A stretch of DNA of 64,000 nt from positions 3,844,001 to 3,908,000 of the forward strand of contig OZ218954.1 of NCBI GenBank assembly GCA_965112735.1, written 5' to 3'. The DNA comes from Phaeosaccion multiseriatum. Lineage: Eukaryota > Protista > Ochrophyta, other classes. Of this stretch, positions 13,109-24,111 are shown piece by piece. Every line of letters starts with the position of its first letter. The stretch's first letter is position 1. The position numbers and the translations under genes were made by a program. The notes beneath the pieces were generated by a model. That model searched no databases. It was not told the DNA's origin and worked only from the letters and a program-made list of their open reading frames with translations.

Positions 13109-14542
13109 CAGGGGCAGCCTTGGGTGATGCAGCAGGAGGAGGAGCAGGAGGAGAAGGAGAACTGGGCGGGCTCTTGATCAAAGAAGAGATGAGATGGCAA
13201 GATAGACCGGCGAGGGAGACAGGCGGCCGACAGAGGGTGAGGCGGTGATTTGCGAGAGGTGCTTGCTCACGGCTGCCGACCACCAGGAGGGCCTTCGGAA
13301 GCTGAAAGGAGGTTCACTTGACGAGGGTGTTGCAAGGCGGGTAAGCACGGCTTCGAGCATCCCCGCCCGAGCAGCAAAGAGAGAAGAGAACTCATTGAGA
13401 CTGGCGGGGCGTGGGGAAGTGTCGCACCTTAGCAGATCCCCCTTCGCAGGTCCTGTGATGGGGAGTGGTTCATGCTCCCGGGATGTAAAAAGTGACACAT
13501 GCAAAGGACCTTCCTCTTGATTGCAGTGGGTGCTACTCAGGTCAGGCAGTGCTCGCAAGTAAGACAATCAAGCGAGACCTTTATTGTTTATTCCAGCTGT
13601 TGTTGCCTTCAGACAGGCTACATTGCCCACAGAGAGGACATATGCCAGCTGTTGCCTTCAGAGAGGAGGGGGAGGTTTTTCTGGCGTGGCGAACCATAGG
13701 CCTTCCAAGTGGGGATGTCGGTACAGACATGGACGTCATTTGTGTTGCCTTCAGATAGGCTACACATCTTTCATCATCTTACCGTATCCAGTCCGTGCGA
13801 GGTACCCCCTCGTGGCTGTCGCCTCTGCGTCACTCTGCCTCGCGCATCTCTCCTAGCTACCCCAGCGCGGGCCAATCCCGCCCCTCGACGCCACCCTCCC
13901 CTCCCCTACTACTTCTCATGGGGCGGGCCGCAGTGATGACCGCGAGGGCTTCCGGTTTGGGTTCGTGTGGGTGCTTTTGCTGGAGAGGATGTCAGCTCCC
14001 GAGGTCGTATCCCCCTCCGTCTCGTCAGTCCTCCCCATCGAGCGATGCACAGTTGATACCAGCCATATCTCGTGCTGGGCCCTCTGGAGCGCCACCCTGC
14101 ACCACACTGCACACTGCCAAGCCTCACCCGCCCCCGGGGGCAAGCCGGGGAAGCCCCCGAAATTTGACCGCCTTTGTGAGTCCAAGAATATATTACCACC
14201 ACGTGGGGTTGAAGACAGAGTTGAGGGTTATACATTAGGAAAAGAGAAAAGAGAGGCGCTCGGTGCAGAGTTGTGAGTGGGCTCAGAGCGAGGTGGCTCA
14301 ACTACAGGTACAAATACATCAGTGAGGTCTGGGACCCGCAGCGGGAACGAGCTTGTACATTCCTCAACTTGTTTCGTTGTGTTCCGCCCGGACGGCAATT
14401 GGCTTGACATTATAAATCCCTTCCCTTCCCTCCAACGCAGACACTCTTCCCTGTCAGAAGCTCCTTGTTAAGATGGATTGTTTCTCATTTCCCCTCCCAC
14501 TCCCATGGCCCTCTCTCGGTATCAGGAGAGAGAACGAAACAT

Positions 14543-17216
14543 ATGCCGCGATTGTCAGCAGTGCTGCGTGCGGCAGCAGCAGCAGCAGCAGTCCTACTCT
14601 GCAGCCAAAGCGTCAGCCAACGAGTGATGGGCTTCGTCGTACCCACCGCTCTCACAGCAGCAAGAACGAGCAGGAGCAACATGCGTGTAGGGCTGAGACA
14701 TGGCGGCAGTAGCAGCAGCTTGGTGGGCAGCAGAGGGGCGCAGCAGCAGCTGTCACAGCAGCTGGCCCGTCCAAGGGCAGATCCTGGTGAGAACATCGCT
14801 TTTAGTTTTAAAAACGACTTCAGAAACTAACCCTCACAGCCCGAACCCCTCATTCGACAGCGACGGTGGCTCACGCCGCAGTCGGTCCTAAGGGCCCTCC
14901 CCCGGACAGCCTCGCTCTGCTGGAAGGAGTTGACAAGGGCCTCGTCAGGGTGCTGCTGCTGGGAGAGGTGGGTTGGGCGAGAGTGGGGCGGAGATTGTTG
15001 GGTAGGAACGGAACGGAAGACAGAAGGTGGAGAGCGAGGGGGGGAGAGAGTCGACCCAGACGCTGCTTGTGAGCCTGTTCCTTGTTTCAGCAGTCCTGCC
15101 CTCCCCCCCCCCCTTGGTGTTCTGCTCAGGCGCTCGTGTTGGCGGTGGCGGTGGTGTTGGCTGCCCTCCTGCGCATCAACCTCGTGCAGGACACTCTGCA
15201 GGGCCTCTCTGAAGGGCAGGACGTGCTCGTTGGACTGGCTGGTGGTGTCCCGCCCTTCCTCGCCAGGTTGGACGTCTAGACAGCCCCCTCCAGTTTCTCT
15301 TTCTCTCCCTCTCCCTCTCCCTCTCCCTCTTCTCCCTCTTCTCCTTTCTCTCCGCTGTCTCTCTTTTGTCTGTCTTGTACATCACCACCTACCATCCGTC
15401 TCGCTCCATCGCTGTCCTCCCCTCCCCGAATGCGTCCCTCTGCCCCCCCCGGCTGTCTTAATCCCTATTACGCGTGTCCTCTCCTACCCACCGCAGCGCT
15501 GTGCTGGAGGCGTCCCGAGTGGGCTTCTTCAAGGAAATCGATCAGGTGCGGCAGAGAAGGGGCCACGAAACTGAGACTGAAACTGATCTGAGTGGGTCGT
15601 TGTATGGGGCTGGCTGACGAAGCGGACAGAGGTGGGGGGGTAAGCAGCAGTGGCAGTGAGTCGTCTCGCCTATGCTTCCCCTCCTTACCCCCTCCTTCCG
15701 GTGGACAGGATACGCGGCTGTACGTGCTGCGGGTCTTCGGCTACGGGCAAACCTTCCCCCGCTTGCTGGCGCCGGCCTTGGGCCTCGCCGTCGCGGCTGG
15801 CGTGTGCGAGGAGATACTCTTCCGCGGTGTGCTACTCCAAGCCCTGCTGCCCGTCGTCGGATCGCTACCCGCGCTGGCGCTCACCAGCCTGGCCTTTGGC
15901 TTTGCGCACACGCCCGTGCCTGGTGGGTGTGTGGGTGGGTGGGTGTGTGGGTGGTTGCCTACGGCTAACAGACACCCATGATTGAAGGCCCTGCCCCCCT
16001 CCCTGCCCCCCTCAGGTGCGAGTGCCTATGTGGAGGTAGTGTACGGCGCGGTGTTCGGCCTCGTGTACCTCTCCACAGGTGGCAACGTCGCCGCGGCCAT
16101 GGCCGCCCACGTGTGTTACGATCTTCTCACCTTCCTCGAGGTGCGTCGCACTGTCCCGCTTCCTTCCTTCGTGTAGGCCGGGCCCGAGCGAGGGGAGGGC
16201 GAGGGAGTGTTGCCCAGGGTCCACTGCTACCCAATGCACCACCCAACTCTCTCCTCCACTCCTCTGCTGTGAAAGAGCGCACATTCGGGACCGCTTTCCA
16301 ACTTCGGCCTACCCCCCCCCCCCCCCCTCAGGTGCACTACCGAGCGAGCTTGCGCCTGTCTGACTCCCTGGCGCTGCTGCAGGAGCGCGTAGAGAGGGCT
16401 TCGGTGCCCGCACCGCTGCCCTCGAGAGTCGAGGTGAACAAGCGCCTGAGGGACATGGACAGGGCCTTCCGCCTCAAGCCGGGCTTCCTTGACATGGTGC
16501 GAAGGGCGGCATGGTAGTGGGGTAGGTGTGGTGCTAGAGATTACATGGTGTTATTGCCTACCGCATCTCATACCACATAGCGCATCTTATACCACATCGC
16601 CTGCAGAGACTGGAAGTGCATGAATGAAGCAGCGATCGCTCCGTTGTCTCCTCTCCTTTTCCGTTACCGAGTCTGTCTCCCCCCTCCCCCCCCCTCCCTT
16701 CCGCCCTCCCCTCTTCTGTCCGCAGGCCAGGGCCGTCTTCGAACAGGTCAGGAGCAGTGTGTGTGTGTGCATGTGTATGTGTGTGAATCCGTGTGTGTGT
16801 GAGAGAGTGTGTGTGCCTGTGTATATGCGAGCGAGAGAGTTGATAGCTTACTGACTGCATTCCTAACCTTCGCCTGCCTTGTCATCTGCACCGATCGCCC
16901 ATTCTTCTTCTCTCCTCTCTTTCTGCTTCAGCTGGACATGGACGGCAACGGAGGCATTGACATGCGAGAGCTGCAGTTGGGCATTCGCACCTTCGGAGCC
17001 TTCATGTCTGACGACGACGTGGTGGCCCTGATGGGGAGGGCAGACCTTGATCGCAACGGACAGATCGACTTGTCTGAGTTCGTGCGGCTGCTCATCATCA
17101 ACGCCAAAGACTTGGAGGCGCAGAAGCTGGAGCAGCAGGGGCAGCCGTTGGTGGTACAACAGCAGGAGCAGCAGGAGGAGGAGCAGGAGGAGGAGGAGAA
17201 CAAGGCGGGCGCTTGA
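14543..17216 (+). CDS. CPBP/Abi intramembrane protease fused to an EF-hand pair, paralogue B
   Basis: Same 9-exon structure as paralogue A; CEEILFRG, AFGFAH, AHVCYD; identical EF loops; retains a Q/E-rich tail. N-terminus [34 protein letters not shown]. Confidence 0.87.
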
Positions 17217-17722
17217 TCGAGGGAGAGAGAGTGAGACAGACCGGCGAGGGAGACAGGCGGCCGAGAGAGGGAGTGTAGCGGTGGTTTGCGAGACGTACTT
17301 ACCGACGGCTGCCGACCACCAGGAGGGCCTTCGGAAGCTGAGTGGAGTTTCACTTGACGAGGGTGTTGCAAGGCGGGTAAACACGGCTTCCAGCATCCCC
17401 GCCCGAGCCGCAAAGAGAGAAGAGAACTCATTGAGACGGGCGGGGCGTGGGGAAGTGTCACACCTTAGCAGATCCCCCCCGCAGGTCCTGTGGGGAGTGG
17501 TTCACGCTCCCGGGATGTAAAAAGTGATACATTTATATAGTATATATAGTACAGGACCTTCCCTACTCAGGTCAGGCAGTGCTGCGCAAGTAAGACAATC
17601 AAGCAAAGTATTTATTCCCTCTACCGTGTCCCGTCCGTGCGAGTTACACCCTCGTGGCTGTCGCCTCTGCGTCAACCGGCCCCGTCCGTGCGAGTTACCC
17701 CAGCGCGGACCCCTCCCCCCTC

Positions 17723-18810
<1,088 letters not shown>

Positions 18811-18820
<10 letters not shown>

Positions 18821-18910
18821 CTGTGCGCTCCTGGCCCTGTTTGTGCTACTCAGAGGTGGAACGCACCGCCTCTGCTGCTCGGTTCATTCTGCGTGTACCG
18901 GAGCGCATTC
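18811..18910 (-). mobile_element. Dispersed repeat ending in a (CAGA)n tail (putative SINE/non-LTR 3' end), copy 1
   Basis: tgtgcgctc..ctgtttgtgctactcagaggtggaacgcaccgcctctgctgctcg..cattctg matches the reverse complement of 63849-63950; both copies abut TCTG/CAGA repeats. Confidence 0.55.
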
Positions 18911-19539
18911 CTCTTGTTCGCTGCATGACGGCGGCTGCTGCGGCTGGGCTGCTCCTCGCCTTGACCTTCCTGTCTACGAGCAGCGGCGGCAGGTAACGTA
19001 GAGGAGGGGATTCTATTGACTTACAGGAATCAACCTAAGAACTGCGTACGTGTGTGCGTGTATCGAGGGCCCACGAAGGACCCTTCTACTCTCCCTCCTG
19101 GCCGAGGAAGGGGAGCGCTCGTCCGCCACCGCGGTTGAGCCGTCCAAGGAAGGCGCGCTCCCGCTTCAGAGCAAGCCATATCTGATGGCTGCAGCTGATG
19201 ATGATGACGCGTCGAAGTTTGGAGAGGACGTGGTGGTGCGCCTGGTGCGGGAGACGACGTGCTCGGCAAGGGCGTGGAGGAGGGATTGTGCCGGTCCGCC
19301 CGAGTCGTCCATGGGTCTTGAGAGTGAGTCTCCAGTGTGGCTGCGTCATGATGATTGTTTAACGAGCGGGTACCCTCCAGCTGAGCGGTATGCCCACTGC
19401 CATCTCCAGGCTCAGGCTCAGGCTCAGGGGGGGGGGGGCACATCCATATTCACAGAGGGTGACGATAAGTTCCGAAGAATCTCTCCACTTTCGTCGAGAG
19501 AACTCGCACCCTTTTTTTTGTTTTTATTTTTTCCTTCTC

Positions 19540-19734
19540 CCCCTTCTCGTCCTCCTCCGCCTCCGCCTCCTCTTCCTCCTCCTCGTCGTCGTCGTCCTGC
19601 TGCTGCTACTGCTACTGCTACTGCTACTGCTGCTGCTGCTGCTGCTACTGCTACTGTATCACCAACTGCTGCTGCTGCTGCTACTTCTACTACTACTGCT
19701 GCTGCTACTTCTACTACTACTGCTGCTGCTACTT

Positions 19735-19778
<44 letters not shown>

Positions 19779-19790
19779 GTATCACCAACT
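19540..19790. repeat. Compound trinucleotide tract (CCT/CTG/CTA)n
   Basis: Directly visible; contains two embedded CTGTATCACCAACTG motifs. Confidence 0.9.
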
Positions 19791-22700
19791 GTTCAATGTG
19801 AGAACTTTTCCGATTTCGCACTGCTCCTGTGCCTGTCCCTGCCGCCGCTGCCGCCGCCGCTGCCGCTACAGCTACCAACGCCTCTGCCCCTTCGGTGTCA
19901 ACTCTCGACCCCTCCCCTAGTGGCCGTTTGGCCACCCCTCCTTGTCCTCCTCCTCCTCTTTCTCCTTTTCCTTCTTCTTCTCCTGCTCCTCCTGCTCCTC
20001 CTGCTCCTCCTTCTCCTTCTCCTTCTCCTGCTCCTTCTCCTTCTCCTTCTCCTTCTCCTTTTCCTTCTCCTCCTCCTCCTCCTCCTCCTCCTGCTCCTCC
20101 TGCTCCTCCTGCTCCTTCTGCTCCTCCTGTTCCTCCTCCTTCTCCCTCTCCTTCTCCTTCTCCTCCTCCTCCTCCTGCTCCTCCTCCTCCTCCTCCTCCT
20201 GCTCCTCCTCCTCCTCCTCCTCCTCCTCCTCCTGCTCCTCCTCTCTCTCTTAATTGCCCACTCGCTGGGGCCGACATGAGGGTTCTTCTCCCTACCGCCT
20301 CTGTCACCACCTCTCCTGCTGGTCCCTGCTCTTCCTGTGCATCTATTGCCAAACCCTCCCCCTCCTCTGCCTGCTGCAGCTGCAGTATCACGAACTGCTG
20401 CTTCCGGCGGCACGGTTCGTCTCCCCCCTCCCCCTGACCAGCGGTGGCGCTTGAAGCTGGACCATGCGCAGACCGCAGACTAAGCTGCTCCTGTATCACC
20501 AGCTGCTGCCCTTGCTGCGCTGACTGTGCCTGCTGCTGCGGCGGGGTCGCTTCCATGCTCTGACTGCGGCAGTGGTGCTGCCGCCCCCTGCGCTTGATCG
20601 GGGACTGAAAGGAGGGGTTGGTAGTGGTGGTTGTTGTTGTGGTGGTGGTGGTGATGGTGGTGATGGTGGTGGTGGTGGTGGTGGTGGTGGTGGGGATGGT
20701 GTAAGGAGGAGGAGGAGGAGGGGGATGATGAGGAGAAGCAGTCGTAGCAGTGTCGATGGGAGGGAGGAGACAGAGGCAGAACAGGCCAGCATCACAACAG
20801 AGAGACATCTTTGACGCTCTTACGTAAGGACAACATCTCACCTTGCTCCTGTTCGCCTTCGAGGGCGACCGCACGGGTGACTTGGACGGGGATCTGGACC
20901 TACTGCCTGGGCCTGGGCTGTCCAACAGCTGCACCCCCTGCTGTATCACCAACTGCTGCCCCTGCGGCCCCTCCGCCACATCGACTCGGACACCGTCAGT
21001 TTCGTCTTTGGCGGAGCTGTGTTTGGTGAGGAGAGCGTGCGAGGGGACGGCGCCGGTGAGGAGGAAGGTCTCGAGCAGAGAGGGAGCGGCGCTCACAAAG
21101 GCGTCGAGGTCGGCGTGCAGCTGCGGGAGGGAGTGAGGGAGGGCGTAGCGGGGGAGGGAGGGAGGGAAAGACATGGACGTTGAAGGTGTCAGAAGAAGGT
21201 TGGGTTCATTCGCGGCCAGCAGCAGTTGGTGATATAGCAGCAACACTGGTACACTCGAAACTGGGGGACGAGGCCAGGCCGTGTCGGCTGCGAACAGACG
21301 GAAGGCAGAATGCCGACACTTCACTTGGCACATGAGAGGCTCATCCCTCGACAGATGTGTGTAGATACGTAAGGAGATGTGACAGATACGTAAGGAGATG
21401 TGATAGATGCGACAAGTCCCTCAGGAGCATCTCGCTCCAATCACCAAAGAAGCGAAGCAGATGGCGCTCTGCGAACGGATCGTTCTCCGAACAAGAGAGA
21501 AGGGCGAGAGAGAAGATAGAGGAGAGGGAGATATGCTGCTGCTCACCTCCTCTCTCTTGTCGTCCCCTATGCCGTCATCCACGCACACGGCGAGCACCTT
21601 CCACTTGACGGGATGGTTCGACGCCACATCGTGTGGCAGGGGGAAGCCGATGTACACCTAGACAAGGGAGGGGATGGGAGCAAAGGGGGAGGGGGTGGGA
21701 GCAGAGGGGAACGGCAAGGGGAAGTGGAAGGGGAAGGGAAAGGGGGAAGGGGAAGGGGGAAGGGTCAGGGACCGGCCCATGGGTGATGATTCGGGCTGCC
21801 ACGCTCCACCCCTCGGAGAAAGCGCGTCAGCAACAGCCTATCAGCCTAGGGGACTTGAAGTACAAACCCTTCTTTTGTCGACTTTCAGCACCCCATATCG
21901 TTGAGACAGACTCTACATATGTCTTGAAGTATGGGCGGGTAGGCGAGTCGTCATCATCTGCTCCTACTGCTGTCATCATCTGCTCCTGCTAATGTCATCA
22001 TCTGCTCCTACTGCTGTCATCATCTGCTCCTGCTAATGTCATCATCTGCTCCTACTGCTGTCATCATCTGCTCCTGCTAATGTCATCATCTGCTCCTACT
22101 GCTGTCATCATCTGCTCCTGCTACTGCTGCTTGTGCTTGGGCCCTACCTTGAGCAGCTCGTGCCAACACGCTGCGTAGCTCCGTCTGTACTCCTCAATGA
22201 GTTCACTGAAGGTGTTGTACTTCAAGTCCTGGTGCAACACATGTGGAAGCACATGAGAGGGCGAAAGATGCGGTTACAGAAGAGCCTTAACAGTAGAAGA
22301 TGCGTTTCCCCTTCCTCGTCCGCCCCTGTGGGGGAGCAAGAGGGGTCTTTGAACAGCCCGCCCTGTGCCATGAGGCCAGGAGTAGGACTCATCAACAAGA
22401 GAGAGAGAGACCAAGGTGAGTACGTAAGAGTACGGAAGAATATACCTTGTGCATGAGGGTGTTCCTCCTGCTGATGCCCAGGGCGCCCCACTTGCCCTTG
22501 AAGCGCACCGCCAGCACGATGTGGCGATACACCCTGCACTCACAGATGACGTACACAGGGCACGCCATAGGAGGCACACGGACGGAAGGGAAAGAGACTT
22601 GAGTATACACACACGACACCAACAGCAGCACCAGCTCACCAACAGCAGCAGCAGCCCAGCAGACTTAGAAGCCCCCCCCCTCCCCTTTAGCCTCATCAGA

Positions 22701-23782
22701 AACCCCTTTGGTCGGGCGTACGTCAATCTGGACCCATTGTAATGCAGCCCACATGCACGGCATGTAGCCTTCATACCGCTTGTACCATTCAATGCAACCA
22801 CTCGTACAATCTGTACACACCTCCCATCAACCGTTGACTTAAAACTGACGGGAAACCGCTCGAGCTCAGGCAGATCACACGTTAGGAAGGCGGCAAGGAA
22901 GACGGCCTCCACGCACTGGATCGGCAGAGACTCCCGGATTATCTGCTTGGCTGAGGAGGAGAGAGAGAGAAAGATAGAGAGAGAGAGAGAGGGAGAGAGA
23001 GAGGGGGGGGGGGGTAATGGGGCACAGGAGAACGGGACAAGGTGAGACGGCGATCAGGAGTAGGGGAGACTGAGGCAGAGCGCCATCTCTTCTCCCAGGC
23101 CGTCTGTCACGGCCATACGATCGCTACCTGTGTGGATGACGTGTCGGAACCCGCAGACCCTTTTCTTGGCGAAGAAGTCATGCCCGGTGTGGTCTGTGGA
23201 CGGCAAGGAGAAGGGAGCGAGCGCCAGCCACCGCCGTCAGTGCGAGGAAGGGGTTACTTAGGTCGGCCTGCTCGCATTCAGCCCTTTCTGTATCGGTCTT
23301 TCGTCGGATGGAAAAGCCGTCCACACTAGCGTTTGCCCTGTCTCGGCAACTACCACCCGCCTCTCCCTCCTCCTTCCTTCCCCTCCCCCCTTCCCTGCCC
23401 TGCTTACTAGTTGTAAGCGCCAGAGCGGCAGCGGCTTACTAGCTTACTCACTGTATTCCAGGGCGGTGACGTAGCTCTGCACTAGGCGAAGGTTGTCAGT
23501 CATTGACAGCTTGGACGTGGACAGGCGGCCGAGGGGCGGCACCGGAATGGGCACCTGCCGGGCAAGGGGGGGGGGGGGTGAGTGTTGCGTGCTCCTCCAG
23601 GCTCAGCAGGAGGGGAAATGGCCATCTTTGAGTGAGTGACTGCTCCAGCGACCCGTGACTTGTGCAGAGACCCCTCTCACCTCCGGAAGAACCTTGGCCT
23701 CCTGTATGCCGTAGATCTGCCCCCGTAAGATGTGATCCCCATGGCCAAGCACATTGCTGTCCAGCAGTCCCTTGGTCGCCAT
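19774..23782 (-). CDS. Vasohibin-family tubulin tyrosine carboxypeptidase with long low-complexity C-terminus
   Basis: Exons 23782-23681, 23554-23452, 23213-23128, 22950-22821, 22533-22446, 22228-22148, 21657-21547, 21120-20842, 20604-19774. They give LVQSYVTALEYNHTGHDFF..AKQIIRESLPIQCVEAVFLAAFLT..ERFPVSFKS..YRHIVLAV..KWGALGISRRNTLMHKDLKYNTFSELIEEYRRSYAACWHELLKVYIG, matching the vasohibin core. The 3' end is uncertain. Confidence 0.9.
21950..22125. repeat. ~21-bp intronic minisatellite (TGTCATCATCTGCTCCT...)
   Basis: About 8 units of two alternating types. Confidence 0.9.
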
Positions 23783-24111
23783 CCTCAGTTCACTTCGCTG
23801 CCACGAAGACTAGTTTTACTACTCCATGTGCCGATCTTATGCGGCTTGGAGGAGTGAGCTTACGCGGCTTGGAGCAGCGAAGACTGTGTAAGAAGACGCT
23901 TTGGCACAGGGGCGCGGACGAGCTGAAATTGTAACGCTATCGACGGGTTTCCGAGTGGATCTGGCTGGGTACCGCCGCCGGCGCGCCGCTGGTGGCATCT
24001 TTTCACGCGTGGAAGAAGGCGGAAGAGCATCACTAATACGCACCTTTTCTCCAGAGGAACGGGTCGGTTCTCTACTCGCATGACCCACGGACGAAGGGTC
24101 TAAAAGGAGCC

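Larger units (their letters stand above)
10215..17673 (+). repeat. Tandem segmental duplication: copy A ~10215-13832, copy B ~14315-17673
   Basis: The copies share the upstream tacatcagtgaggtc anchor, all exons and introns, the 3' flank and the terminal ccctcgtggctgtcgcctctgcgtca. Copy A has an extra ~185 bp at ~13595-13779. Confidence 0.93.

Noticed and set aside
13106-13177. Programmed stop-codon readthrough in paralogue A
   Set aside because: The context TAG CAG GGG does not match the CARYYA leaky signal; simple nonsense substitution after duplication is sufficient
13860-14310. Short ORFs in the spacer between the duplicated units
   Set aside because: No recognisable domain or splice pattern
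1-17216. P4H + methyltransferase + oxidase + CPBP as a biosynthetic gene cluster
   Set aside because: No scaffold enzyme or precursor peptide, and the predicted compartments differ; adjacency alone is insufficient
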